64,000 nt of DNA from Octopus vulgaris (GCA_951406725.2 OX597818.1:84072001-84136000); one strand, 5' to 3'. Counted from the first letter of the stretch, positions 25,058-40,477 are shown. The notes: a model not told the origin generated them from the letters alone. Made by a program: numbers and translations.

Positions 25058-25272
25058 ATTATCTTAAGGCAGCGAGCTGACAGAATCGTTACAACGCTTA
25101 TCAGTATTTAACCAGTCGCTACGTTCTGAGATCAAATTCCACTGAGGTCGACTTTACCTTTCATCCTTTCGGAGTCGATAAATTAAATATCAGTGAAACA
25201 CTGGGGTTGATGTAATCAACTAGGCCCCTCCTCCAAAATTTCAGAACTTGTGCCTATATTAGAAAAGATTAT
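24706..25272 (+). mobile_element. Family B SINE copies and fragments separated by (GTT)n/(ATT)n
   Basis: GAGGTCGACTTTACCTTTCATCCTTTCGGAGTCGATAAATTAA core plus CCCCAAAATTTC...TTGTGCCTATA tail. Confidence 0.8.
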
Positions 25273-25285
25273 TATTACTATTATT

Positions 25286-25585
25286 GAGTCTAAGAAAGAG
25301 AACTGGAAAGGGCACTTCTCCTTGGTATTCAGGATGGTGTTGAACGGTGGGGTACCTCGATTATCACTAGAGGTCATCCTGTCTCAGGAGGACATCTCTA
25401 TCACGCCCCGCCCGTTTTTTTTTTACCTTTGTATACTATGTATGTTTCCAGCCCTTTTCATTGTATATTTAATTTTTATTTATTTATTTATTTTATCATT
25501 TCCTTATATGTAAACCCCAACTCTTTATGCCTGTTTTGCATTGTCCCCCTCATCCTTCACCAAGGTGGCAAATAAATGAAATCAT
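25286..25585 (+). mobile_element. Probable LINE 3' UTR fragment ending AATAAA-(ATT)n
   Basis: Non-microsatellite block embedded in an ATT tract. Its T-rich 3' part ends GGTGGCAAATAAATGAAATC(ATT)n, an architecture like the LINE end at 17162-17380. Confidence 0.4.
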
Positions 25586-25632
25586 TATTATTGTTGTTGT
25601 TTCTGTTGCTGTTGTTACCGCTGTGGTCGTCC

Positions 25633-26375
<743 letters not shown>

Positions 26376-26377
26376 TA

Positions 26378-26438
<61 letters not shown>

Positions 26439-28167
26439 GGCGCAGAATTGGCTGTGTGGTAAGTAGCTTGCTTACTAACCATATGGTGCCAGGTTCAGTA
26501 TGTTCCCTAACAATCCTCTAACGTTATTCTGAGCATAATGTGAGGTCGCACAAATCATATTGGAAGAGATTTACTTCCGAGACTAGTTTTACAGCGAAAG
26601 GTTTCCCCACATCCGAATGTATTCCAACTTATTAAATATGATTTTACAGAAATATATTATACATAACCCTGACTCGTGGGAAATAATTTATTTAATTATA
26701 GCTTGACTAAGCTCTACGCATATCAACAAACGTTCCGTTTAATGTTATAATATAATACGAATTCTTCTCGGACTGTACCTCTACGATATGTTCTAAAAAC
26801 AAGACTGTCCTCAAGCAGCGTACATATGACATATCTTTGTAGTAGTCTTTTTGCTACAAATATTATTATACACTTCTTTAAATTGAACACTAACCGCCTG
26901 TGTTTCACAACTGTTAACCGAAGATCAGTGTTCGTGAAGGATGCTTCTCCTTTGACGGTTCCATGCATACACACACGCTCGCACACACACACACTTACAC
27001 AAACACACACACACACAAATTTATCTCAAGATTCTATTATAGACTGTGCTGTACCTAAATACTAAGTATTCAATCTCTGCTGAGAAAAGTTCTATGCAAA
27101 CTAATCTAATTTATTACTAAGCTCTCATTTGTGTTTGGTTTCAAAAGCGATTAACCGCTGGATTTCTTTCTGTATAGAATGTCGAGAATATATTAGTTCT
27201 CTGAAGAATATTGTGATATGTCATGTCAATCTCTTTTATATCTTTTTCTGTGTGCATAGATAATAAAAAAGTGTAAGTACAAGCGGTTAAAGTTTCAGAA
27301 TGAATACTTTAAAAACGATAGCTCAACAAATTTATATCTCGACACATAACAGTCATTGCATTGGGCATCAACATTTATTAGAATATACATATATATGTGA
27401 GTGTGTGTGTGTATGTGGCTTGTAAATCCGAGGCTCCAGCACTAAACAAAATTGATGTAATAGTTACACAGTAAACTAAAGGAACACAGAGAATGAAGAT
27501 GCATTCGTTATCAACTATTTAATTACTTACACACGTTTCAAATAGAATGGTACAACTAAAAGAAACACATTTAAAATAGCAATACTCATTATTTAATCGT
27601 TCCCCCATTTGATCGAGTAGTCTATTACAGAAAGAGAGGTAATAAATGCCATTCTTTTCTTATCAAAGCCAGAATGACTCTAATAAAACTGTTTGCCGAC
27701 GTTCTGTTATTTTACATATGTGCTAACCGTAAGAAGTGTGTGATATAAAGTGCACAAAGAAAAGATAACTCAAATTAATATGACTATGCGTACTCTGTAT
27801 ACTGGACCGAAAAAGCAAACTACATCTGGTGTATTACTAAGATACACTAAAGAATAGCATGTTTATTTGAGAAAGCCCTTAAATTATTTTTAATGAATGT
27901 GAACAACGTAACAAGCAATACTTAGTTCCTTTTATTTATTTGTGTTAGATCTGTATTTGAGGATTTGCAGCGTCTTATTGAGGCATAATTTACACCTAAC
28001 ACTCCCTCCATATACGGTATGGCACTTTATACTAATATCCTAGACTTTGAGGATTCAGTAAAGCTTGATAATGGGACGTTTCCTTTTAATTTGTATTTAA
28101 ATGCAAGTTTTCCATTATGCATCCCAAATTTAAATTGTGTTGCATAAAAAAATAAATAAATGCACCC

Positions 28168-28408
28168 TTTTAACGCCTAGCCAGGCTCATGGGCCCGGTT
28201 TCCCGGTTTCTATGGCGTATGTGTTCCCCAGCTGGACGAGACGCCAGTCCATCGCAGCGTTACTCATTTTTGCCAGCTGAGTGTACTGGAGCAACGTGAA
28301 ATGAAGTGTTTTGCTCAAGAAAACAACACGTCGCCCGATCCAAGAATCGAAACCACAATCTTACGATCATGATGCTGACACCCTAACCACTAAGCCGCGC
28401 ACCTCCAC
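28168..28408 (-). mobile_element. tRNA-derived SINE, family E (A-type head/core with D-type tail)
   Basis: Core TTCTTGAGCAAAACACTTCATTTCACGTTGCTCCAG as in family A. Tail CTGCGATGGACTGGCGTC...GAAACCGGGAAACCGGGCCCATGAGCC as in family D. Confidence 0.85.
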
Positions 28409-28439
28409 ATATGCATACATATATAATGTGTGTGTATGA

Positions 28440-29481
28440 GTTCCTCACAGTGTCCTTGGGCTGAGAAGATCTTTGCAAACCTCCTTGATCTTAGTCACCA
28501 GCTCTGCCTTGGTACTGGGAGGCAGAAGCAGTTGGTTACTTTCTCGACCGTAAACTACAAACAGTGAACAATGGGATTTACAATCGGTGCGCTTAGCAGG
28601 TCAGAAATTGGGTCGGGTAACGTCGTTGAGATTATCCGACGAGAACACTTTCTGGAGTATATCAAAAAAGCATATTGCCATCCAGGGTTTGACCAGTATA
28701 CAGTAGCTTCACATACACGTCTGAATTGAGCCTAAGGCCCTGTTCGAAAATGTGGGGCGTTAAGACGCATTCCTCACTAAAGACATACACAAAGGCCAAC
28801 TCAGTTTGGGGAAACTTGGTTTTCATAATACGTGGATTATCACATGGATTGTAGGCAAGCCACATGTTGTTTTGAATGCTGTGCCACTGGTCCTGGACGA
28901 AATCCATTTCGTCTGAGAAGATCCAGATGATCCCCGGCTCAGTAGGATGCTTCAGCTTGTTCAGGAGCTTCTTTGCTTCTGTCAAGCAGTTCACCTTGGC
29001 TTTGGCTGTCATAATTTATCTCTTTCATCTCTTCTACATGTGGAAACGAATGTCCTCACTTAGAGCTAGCTTCATGACAGCGACTCCAACATCCATTCGT
29101 CACGAGAAAGTCAGGAATCCATCACGTTGACCAGCAGCTAAAGGAAGAACTGTAACGTTTGGACGTAGTTAGAACACCTACAGCCTCCGTTCCTGGAGGC
29201 CACGGCTTCCAACTCTCCATTGCAGCTGTGCATGTCACGTTCACAGAGCATTGATCAGCAAGCATGAAGCCAGCATTTTGATACCCGGCGCGATTCATGA
29301 TAAATCTGCTATTTCTTTTCCAATAATCAGAGAGCTTCCGTTACTCCATGTCATTTAACTTTTTCTCAATCACAGCTTTAATATTTATGTTCTCCAACGC
29401 CGTTGAATATTTACCAATACATCTAGCTGTTCCTGTCAAAAGGAGAGATAAAATATCGTCAAAGTTAACATGAACACCCTG
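28440..29481 (-). mobile_element. Decayed Tc1/mariner (DD37D/maT-like) transposon
   Basis: KKLLNKLKHPTEPGIIWIFSDEMDFVQDQ..N..WLA....TKFPQT...PHIFEQGLRLNSDVYVKLL, followed by a degenerate WPP.SPD.NP motif. Terminus TA|CAGGGTGTTCATG at 29481. Confidence 0.8.
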
Positions 29482-30197
29482 TATATATACATACATAAAT
29501 ACATATAAACATAAATATATGTGCGTGTATGAGTGTATCCATGTGTGAATCTATGTATGTGTGTATGTGTGTATATAATCATGTTATGAGTTATATAATA
29601 TCAAAATAGAATGTATTAATAATCTCTTAAAAAATTGAAAATATTTCAATTATCTTAATTTTATAAACTTGCGTATAGCTTTTTTTTTTGCATATTTATA
29701 TTTTAAGCTGAAAGAATTTTAGTCAGCAAACATTTGTCAATAATTAAAGAAAATGGTTTCCTTTTTACTATATTTGGTATGAAGCAAATACATTTAACTT
29801 TCAACTCCTTATTAGATTTTAATTGCGAAAGAATATGCATACGCACACACATACATAGATATACTCACCCATACACAGACGCATGCAGACACACACAGTC
29901 ACAAACACGCACACACAGACTCTTTCATCACGAAACATACGTTTGTGAGCGGGTGCATGCGTTTGCGTATAGTAAAGAGCATAGAATTTTCTATAAACGG
30001 ATGTTTTGAATTTTTTTTAAAGCTACCTATAATTATAAAAGGTTCCGGAATGTGGAGCGCTATTCTTACTCTAACGAACAAGTCTCTAAGGAACGTATTA
30101 CATAATCTTCGCACAACACTGAGAAATGTCATATATATATAAGATATATACATATATATATATATATACACATATATATACATACACATATATATAC

Positions 30198-30254
<57 letters not shown>

Positions 30255-30560
30255 TTACGGAGAATTCACAAAAAAAACAAAAGACAAACACAGGTGGTAT
30301 TGACAACAAACAGATGTACTAGGTTAACGCTCGGGAAGTAAAAAATACGCTCTTCCACAGAAAGTAACACAGAAAGAAACAAGGAGAGAAAATGAAGAAT
30401 GTGTAGTGGCTACACATGTGACAGAGGGATCACACAGGAGAGGTAGAAAGAAGGGGAGATAAAAAGTAGTGATGATCCCAAAACAAAGGTGCGCGTGCGT
30501 CTGTATAAGAGAGTAGGTATGTGCGTGTGGAAGAGGGCTAGTCACCTTGACGTGTGCGTG
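30255..30560 (-). mobile_element. Probable Penelope-like terminus abutting (TA)n
   Basis: Same architecture as 9079-9270 and 53555-53740 (A-rich block, ACGCTC.GGAA, GCTCTTC). The HHR region appears partly deleted. Confidence 0.4.
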
Positions 30561-30587
30561 TGCGTATATGTAGGTGTGTGAATGTGG

Positions 30588-30960
30588 GGCTAGTACACCT
30601 TACGTTGTCGAGCGGTTACTGTTTATTTCTCGTTCAGAAATTTACTATTGCTTTCAGACAGTTTTTCTAAATCAGTGACAGTGGTTGATGTGAAAAACGT
30701 TAAATATTATTTGCAAGGGGTCTCCTTCATCGAAAACCGGTGCTTACCATGCGTTGACGAGAGGCAATTACCTTGAAACTATAGTCCGTATGTAGTACTT
30801 AGGTTTTCGAGGGAGGATGACCTCCCTTTGCAAATAACACAAGGACACTGAGATCGTGTCTAAAGTCCATCTGGTGACGTTGATCGCCTGGGGCTAAAAG
30901 CATCAGTAACACCCCACCCCCAATGGCTAGCCACATTCAGATGGCTAGTACACCTTACGT

Positions 30961-30963
<3 letters not shown>
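30588..30963 (+). mobile_element. Retrozyme-like non-coding element: 355-bp unit bounded by 21-bp perfect direct repeats
   Basis: GGCTAGTACACCTTACGTTGT at 30588-30608 and 30943-30963. Contains an internal HHR and extensive self-complementarity, with no ORF. Confidence 0.65.
30748..30792 (+). ncRNA. Type I hammerhead ribozyme motif
   Basis: CATGCG-TTGACGA-GAGG(CAATTA)CCTT-GAAA-CTATAG-TC-CGTATG. 6-bp stem I, 4-bp stem II, palindromic stem III ACTATAGT and GUC cleavage triplet (cut after 30786). C3U deviation in the core. Confidence 0.75.
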
Positions 30964-30994
<31 letters not shown>

Positions 30995-31211
30995 TGTATG
31001 TATAGACATATATGTATTTATATATATTATGTATTATATACAGAATGACTAAGAGCGAGAGATACATAGACATGCACACATTCATACATAACTACATACT
31101 TACATACATAAATACATATATATATACATACATAAACACTCAAATATACATACTCAAACATACATGCATACATACATATATACATACATACATACGTACA
31201 TACGTACATGC

Positions 31212-31655
31212 AAAGAGAACACTTACGCTGAACTATTGAGAAATCTGCAGTTACTCTATCCAGAATACAAGTTCAGGTTTATACCTGTAATTATTGGAGT
31301 CCTGGAATATTTAACAAACTGCCTAAATACTAATCTTGAGAAATTAGGCTTCTCAAAACTGGAAAGGAGAAAACTAATTCGAAAACTACAGATCCAATCC
31401 ATCACTGGAACTGTAAAAATCTGTAAAACTTTCCAGAATTTTATCATTTAAAAATATATGAACATGTCTAGGTAGATATATGCTTGAGAATCCATACATA
31501 AAGTAAAACATACAAATCTGCACATATACATCCAATCATACATACAAAAATATTCTGATGTTGATGTTGAAATTCCAATGAAGGCGCCTTGAATCTAGGT
31601 TAGAAACCGGTCCTTTCTCTATTGGAAAGAAATGTTGAAATAAAACTGAACAATG
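31212..31655 (+). mobile_element. R4-like RLE non-LTR element 3' end in (TACA)n
   Basis: KENTYAELLRNLQLLYPEYKFRFIPVIIGVLEY...LQIQSITGTVKICKTF plus 3' UTR. Homologous to 51075-51976. Confidence 0.8.
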
Positions 31656-32555
31656 ACATACATATACACTCAAACAGCCATACAGACATACAAATATACA
31701 GATGGATGTAAGTGCAAGTTCATATAAACATACAGATGTTCATATGAATACACAGACGTTAACAAAAAACACATACATCTATCTACACCGCACGCACACG
31801 CGCGCACACACAAACATGTTCACACACTCGAACTAATACCAACATTCACACATACACAAAGACACACATACAGAGATACACAAGCAAACACGAACACCTT
31901 TCTGTTTGGAGAAACAGGTGTATAAATGTAAGTATTTAGCATTATAAAGTCTGTTGAATCATGTTTTCTGTATATACACAACGCAAGTTTTATGGAGAGT
32001 GTTTGTGTGAATGTCTCTGAATGCACTTGTCACTGTATGCACATATACGAAAACTACAAGCATGTGCGTGCGTATGTGATTGTGTGGTATATGTGTGAGT
32101 GTGTGTGTGTGTGCCTGTCTGAGTATCGGCGTAAGTGTATGTTAATATGTCATATAATCCATTTATATAAAGTATTTACTTAGTACTTTCAACCGAACAG
32201 AAATGCTCGTAGCCTTTTTGTACAATGTCGGAAGGAAGCCGGAGTACTTGCATTTTGTCTTGTTCACATGTATGTATTATGTGTTCTTGAAGGCAATATA
32301 CATACATACATGCATACATACATACATACATACATACGTAGATGCATATATAAATAAATAAATATATATATATACATACGTACATGTATATATATACGTA
32401 TATATGTATGTGTATGTAAACGCACATACAAACGCTTGTATATAACTATGCATATTTATCTATGCAAAAATACATCCATATACTATTTATACATGTTGCA
32501 TTTATACTTGTGTATGACACACACGCACCCGTATATAAACACATATGTCTATATG

Positions 32556-32589
<34 letters not shown>

Positions 32590-32678
32590 ATATATATATC
32601 AATATATATATATATATATATTTATATATATGTGTGTGTGCGTATATACATATATATACACATATATATATGAATATA

Positions 32679-32715
<37 letters not shown>

Positions 32716-34091
32716 GTACATATATTCATATATATATATATATGTACATATATATATATATATATATGATTATATGTACATATGTATATATATATATATA
32801 TATATATATGTACATATATTCATATATATATGTGTATGTATATGTATATACGCACACACACATATATATAAATATATATATATATATATATTGATATATA
32901 TATATGTGTATGCATTATTATATGTATGCACATATGTATTTTATATGTATGATTTATGTATTTTTGTATGTATGAGTACATACATACACGCATGTTTGTG
33001 TTAATGTGTCATTTATTGTGTATTTCAAATGGCCTACATTTTCCTCACTCCATCAATAATGGAAACTTCGTGATATATTTATACACGCGTTATCAACGCA
33101 ATTCTTCGTTGCATACATGTTTAGCAATTTCCAGTGCTCTTTGAGCATCTAAACAATAGCCAATAAACCATACCACTTAAAGAATATTTTGGCTGTGATT
33201 CCTGATAATTAATCCTACTTTCTGCTCACTAATAAAACTGCTTTGTTAAATAGTCATGCGCATCATATCAATGTAACAGTGATGTTTGTTGACGTTAGAC
33301 TTGGAAGTGCTTAGAAGCTATCAAAATTACAATTCCTACGTTGTAGTTAATCTAACAGGAGGCTTCTGTCTGCTGTTGAGCAGACGACGTGCAAGACGTA
33401 GCAGCCAAATTCTCCATATTTGTTATTCTTTTGTGAATACAACTATACTTGCTAGGGCTGTGGATGGTTTATTTGGTTCCGGTGTGGATAATAAATAAGC
33501 TATCCAGTGGATAACTTATTTGGTACTGGTGTGGCAAATGAGTAACAGCGACAGAGACAGTATTAACATAAATAGGGAGTAGATGGCATGCTAAGAAAAT
33601 CGTTAACACGCCGGGAAAATGCTTAGCGGCATTTCGCCTGTCTTCTTGTTCGGAGTTCGTATGCCGCTGGGGTTCACTTTAGTTTTAATCGTTTCAGGGT
33701 CGATAAAATAAGCAGCAGTTGAACACCGGAGTCGCTATAATTGACTTACTGCCTTGGCAATAACTGCTTGCCTTGAGCCAAAATTTGAAACCAATAAGAA
33801 TTGACACTGAGACAGTATGTATTTCGCTGACGGGAGAACCGCTGTTATCGCTAGCCGCGGACGACTGCCACTGACAACACCAAGGAAGGCCGAAATCACA
33901 TGATCTGGCAATTCGACAATAGTAGCAGAAGATTATCACACACTAGCGATATAAACACGAGTGCTTTTATGCGCCAGAAGTTCCATATGCGAGGTTCTCT
34001 GAGGGTAAATAACAATCACACAATCAGGCTTGTGTGTGTGTGCGTGTGTACGTTATACATATATATATATTCACACATATCTATCTAGCTA

Positions 34092-34142
<51 letters not shown>

Positions 34143-34151
34143 GTATCTATC

Positions 34152-34232
<81 letters not shown>

Positions 34233-35206
34233 ATATATATACGTATGTATGCTTTGCCTACTTTGAAGTACGTATGTTATGGCATGTATGGTGCGAACCA
34301 TTGGCGCCTCTTTAAGAGGAGATGATTCTCATTGGACTATTTCGATGATAGCTACAAAATAATCCCCAGAAGCTGAAAAAAAAAATGAATGTCTTCATAA
34401 GAATGATTTGTCTTTAATTATCACGATGAGATGCATTAGTGTGGCTAGATTTTAAGCCACTTATCTCTCTCTATATCTTTACCAATGTCTGTTCGAGCGA
34501 GTAAACTTACGTTCGTTGTACACTTTCATACGCGAATACATTCTTATATACAACACATATAAACACACCTAATTACAAGACACCTCTTATTGAACAAATT
34601 TATTGATGAAGTCGAAAGTGACAATCAACGTTCAACTATCCATTGCTATATTGGAAGGTGATTGTCTATTGCTGTCTGTCTACCACGAGTGAAACTATTT
34701 AAGATACACTTAAATGTATATTTTATGAAAGAGAGGCTGTGGAAGAGAAAGGGTGAGGAAATATATATTAGAGAGTGAGTGAGTGAGTTGATGTGAATGA
34801 AAGCGTGTTTGAGAAATTTTGAAACACTGAGTTTTTCATACGTAGATATCAGATACCTGCATATTTATAGATGCAATGATACATACATATGCATACACGA
34901 TTTTGAATATATAAATATAGAAAGATAGATAGTAAGAAACACATAGACAAAGAGATAGGAACCAGCAGACACATATAAACACATACATATGTGTTTACTA
35001 TGTGTGTCTCAATATGTTCATATATGTTTATATATTTATGTTTATATATATGTGCATGTGTATGTATGTATTCAAATGAAACATACGCACAGACATATAT
35101 ACATACAAGCATATGGGAATCCATAAATATATGCATATATGCAAAATATTTATACACACACACACATATATATATATAAATCTGTATATATTTATATATA
35201 TTTACA

Positions 35207-35254
<48 letters not shown>

Positions 35255-35368
35255 CATACAAGCATACACACACACACACATATATATACATATATATATA
35301 TATATGAATATAAGTATACCTATATATATGAATTTGTGTATGTGCGCGAGAATATATTTTAGTCGCTA

Positions 35369-35404
<36 letters not shown>

Positions 35405-35467
35405 TTTGTGTGTGTATGTGTGCATATATATGTTTATGTCTGTGTCCATATATCGATATATATAAAC

Positions 35468-35556
<89 letters not shown>

Positions 35557-36172
35557 CATGCATACAAACATACTTGCATGTGTGTGTATTTAAATGTATA
35601 TATGTGTTTATATATATATATATACATACATACATACACATGTGAGTATACATATATATATATAATACACGTATATTTTCTAGCTCCCTCTAGTTATTAC
35701 GCAATTACTCTTCTGCCACAAGCTTAGCTCCGCACCATTTCTTTCTCAGCAAACTATTGAAGACAGACATATAATCGGTTCCTGTCATCAATTGAACTAA
35801 ACGAATTTACCAACTCTGCAGACAGATAAGTCTTCATATTCTCATAGATTTCCTCTTTCACTAAGTATAATTTAATACAATTTACTTTTTTCTAATCCAC
35901 CATCGTCCTCATATATTGTACTCCATATATATATATGTATATATATGGGGGTGTTTGTGTATTTATATATATAAAATTTAATATTTAATATCTTTCTCTC
36001 TCTCTGCCTCTGTCTACCTCTCAATCTCTTCCTCGCCTCCTTGTTATCACTCTCACCATTCATACATGTATATACATAGAGAGATACACACACACTCACA
36101 CATATATGTTGGTGTGTATATATATATATATATCTGTGAATGGTGAGAGTCATAACAAGGAGGAGAGGAGAA

Positions 36173-36219
<47 letters not shown>

Positions 36220-36857
36220 CATACATACATACATATACACACACACACATATATATATATATAATATATGTATATATATACAGAGAGTGAGAGATTGAGG
36301 GAGATCACTGCTAAAGGAAGGTAAGTCCTCAGCATGCGTACATACCCTGATTACGATCGTGGATTTTGATGTAAGCCATCTTAATCCTCCTCATCAGTAG
36401 CCTTTAACGCCTAGGGCTAAACTCATCTACCTCTGTCAGTCTTATAAGAAAAGGTCTTGAAAAAGTGTGCTTATTTTCAAAACGGTAAAAGTGTAATCAA
36501 CAAATTAAAAAGGGTGGCTTATTAGTAATTAGAAACTAAACGCAAAATTAATAGCGGTCACAAAAGTGACAGAGGGTACTGACTAGTATTGCTTTTGCTA
36601 AAGATTTTAAATAGCTCAAATGTCACAAAATCAGTGTCTTAATGACTGACAAAGATAGGTAAGTCCCCAACGTACAAATATTCGTATCTTAAAAGAACTG
36701 TATAGGGGAACACTGGGGTCGTTCTAATCGACTAGATGCCCCCCCCCCCCCCCAAATTTCTTGCCTTGTGCTAAAGTAGAAAAGAACATTTAGTGAAGAT
36801 TTTTTTTAATACTGTGTGCATATATAAAAGTGTGTATGTGATTGTATATTTGCGTGT

Positions 36858-36897
<40 letters not shown>

Positions 36898-37174
36898 GGG
36901 TGCATAAACACATTCATACATGGATACATAATATACTTATATATACATACGTTCATACATGTATACATACATACACATGCATACAAGGGCGTAGTATAAG
37001 TAGGTATGTTGTGTACGTAGGATACCGCATTATATAATTCACACAGCTAAATATCGTTTGACACCTGGAGAAAAGATTAATCTCTCTAATCAAAATTGGA
37101 GAACTATTACTGACATTGTGTGGCTTCCTCAAGTGACGACGTAAAAATTACAATTTGTGACGAGATCCTTCATC

Positions 37175-37231
<57 letters not shown>

Positions 37232-38021
37232 TACAACCGACAGCTTTCGACTTCCCTGCGAACTCAACTCAAACTAACACATAAACTTCAATCCGACCGC
37301 TACTATTTATAATTGCTCGGTCCACTCTATTTCTTGCAATGGTGCTGTCGTGACTCACATCACATCTCCCCTAACTGAGATTTCGACTTCCGTCAGAGGA
37401 GAAATTAATTTTATTTTTCAGTTTTCCAGCACCTCTCCCGCCCCTGTTTTTTTTTCTTTAGAAAATTTACTATCTTTTTCGTTTTGGCATTATTTCTAAG
37501 TGTACGGTGTTTCCTTTTTCCACTGAAGCTTCTACGAGGCAGAAACAATAAAATACAAGATATAAAAATAATACCGTCTCCTTACTTCAATATAGGGAGC
37601 GACTTGACTGAATACTTTATACTCCCGCTTCTATATATGACATCCGTGAAGCACAACAGTCTACATAACAAGCAGTCATAAATAGTTGAAAGAAAGCGCA
37701 ACACTTGCTGCGAATAACGTGATCAATAAACGTGACGATGATGCTGTGTGAAAGCCTGATGATACATTCTTGATCTCAAGGAATTTCAGAATTACGTAAG
37801 CAAAAATGCCTCAATCTATTTGGTGTGCCTTCTGCCAGAACTATGCTAAAGAGAATGTTCCCAACTCTCCTATTTGGAACATTGATGCCGGTATGGCATA
37901 GGCGCAGGTGTGGCTATGTGGTAAGAAGTTTGCTTCCTAGCCATATAGTTCCGTATTCCGTCCCATGGGCGGCACTTTGGGGAGTGTCTTCTACTATAAA
38001 CCCAGACGGACTATGGCCTTT

Positions 38022-38110
<89 letters not shown>

Positions 38111-38377
38111 TTACACTTTCTAGGATGGTTGGAAAACATATATGTGATTTGGCTGATGAATACTTGACATTATATTTGCTGTAATATTTGCAACTTCAAA
38201 TAAAAATGTTCTCAGTATGAAACAATTGTACCGAATTGCTGATCCATTCTTGTTACATTTTTCTTGGCTATAATCACCCCATATATTTTTATGGTTAATA
38301 CCATAAAGAATTCTGGTGCATCTAAGTTAAGTACCATATTCATTTGAATTCATTTGAATCTTAATTGTTTTGCTGAA

Positions 38378-38469
<92 letters not shown>

Positions 38470-38974
38470 ACATGGGTGTGTTTGTATTTGTGTCTTTATG
38501 TTTGCGTTTGTCTCTCACCACCGCTTCACAAACAATATTGTCTTGTTTACATCCCCGTGACTTAGCGGTTCGACAAAAAGACATCGATAGAATAAGTATC
38601 AGATTAAAAACAACAATAACCATTAGGGTCTTTGTTCAACAAAAAAAATCCTTCAAAACAGTGCCCCAGCATGGTCGCAGTTCAGTGGCTGAAACAAGTA
38701 AAAAATTAAGGATAAAAATTTTGTTGATGACGAGAAACTAACGTAAAGTTTCAAAGATAAAATAATCGAATGCTGGAAGCGAAGAAATCTAAAGAATTTT
38801 ACAAGTTCTTTATGTCCCTCCGTAAAAACGACTGGGACTTCGTTAGAATTCGAAAATGGCTCATATTGTTTCATAAGCCGAACAGAAGTTCAGATGAGAT
38901 AAAACCGAATGAAGTTGATTAGGTACGAGTTTCCAGCACAGGATGGGGACATGTCTGAAAGGAAAAATGCTGAT

Positions 38975-39742
38975 AATGGTAGTAGTGGTGGTAGTAATTG
39001 CAGTGGTTGTAGTCGTGGTTGTGGTGGTCGTCGTTTTTAGTGGTGGTGGTTGTAAGGACGGTGCTAGTAGTGGTGGTTGTAGTGGAGGTGGTGGTAGTGG
39101 TATCAGTGGTGGTGCTCGTGGTTGCAGTGGGGGCGGTGGTAGTAGCGGTGATAGTGATAGTTGTATAGTGGTGGTGTTACAGGTGGTGGTAGTGATGTTG
39201 GTTGTAGTAGTAGTGTTATCGGTAGTGGTGATTGTACTGGTTGTAGTGGTGATTGTGGTAACAGTAGTGGTGGTGATAGCGTGGGTGGCGTTAAGTGCGG
39301 TGGCGGTTGTAGTGACTGATATTGGTGGTGATGGTGGCGGTGATGGTAGTGGTCGTCGTGGTCGTGATGATTGTAGTTGTGGTGGTGGTGGTCATGGTGG
39401 TTATCATGGTCGTGGTGGTGATGATAGTCGTGGTGGGGATCATTGTCGTGGTTGTAGTGATCGTGGTGGTAGTGGTGGTGATGGTGGTGGTGGTGATGGT
39501 GGTCAGGGTGGTGGTGATCGTCGTCATCCTGGTCAGGGTGGTGCTTGTGGTTGTCATGGTGTTGCTAATAGTGATGGTGGTAGTCGTCGTCCTCGTCGTG
39601 GTGGTCGTTGAGGTGGTCGTGGTGATGCTAATGGTGGTGGTGTTGATGGTAGTGGTGGTTGTCGTCGTCGTGGTCATAGTGATGATGGTGGTGGTTGTCG
39701 TCGTCGTGGTCATGATGTTGGTGGTGGTGGTGGTGATGATGA
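38975..39742. repeat. Degenerate (GGT/GAT/GTC)n trinucleotide low-complexity tract
   Basis: Direct inspection. It explains the poly-V/G/T ORFs. Confidence 0.9.
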
Positions 39743-40477
39743 TTGTACATTTACTTTCAATGCAGGTAATGGCGGTGATGATTTTATTGATAAAATTTTA
39801 CCTGATGAGATTGGGGGAACCTAATGAAGTGAAAATTTTCAAAGTGTTTCGAACTGTCATTGCAAAAATCATTGAAATGATTGAATACCATAATAAATTG
39901 GTCTTGTGATGTTCACAGGGTTACTGGAAAATCAATTCTCCTGATGCGTTGAAAACAGAAATAATGAAGCTGGGGTCGAAATATTTCCAGAACAGCGACG
40001 ACACTTTCCTACCGACAAATAAGCGCTCTACGCACAAGACTTGTCACAGAAAACTGTAAGGTGGTCAGAAACTAGATGAGAAACCAAGCAAATCCATTAG
40101 GTAAAAATGATGTGGGACACAATTATCCTGTAGGACTACTGTAATAAGTGTAACTGTATAGTATGTAGTATGATTGATAAGGTTGACACTGAGGGTCTAT
40201 GATCTAGTGGTCAGGGTTTTGCACTCACGATCGCGAAGTCGTAGTTTCAATTCCTGGGCCGTGTGGTGCGTTGTGATCTTGAGCTTCATCTCACGTTGCT
40301 CTGCGATCATTTCGATATCTAAGGTGTTGTATACCGTACACCTGTTCTGGTAACGTCAATTTGATTGAGGAATGGAGCCTCCCCAAAGATTTCGAGCCTT
40401 GTGCCTAAAGTAGAAAAGAACATTTAGGGAAGAAAGTTTTCAATAGTGAGTGCATATATAAAAGTGTGTGTGTGGTT

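Noticed and set aside
27420-28150. Possible decayed Penelope body with an HHR-like GAAACGTGTGTA on the minus strand
   Set aside because: The core and stems are too degenerate, and no convincing GIY-YIG/RT motif was recovered.
38943-39909. Gly/Val/Thr-rich ORFs of 140-222 aa
   Set aside because: Degenerate trinucleotide tract that is open in several frames on both strands.
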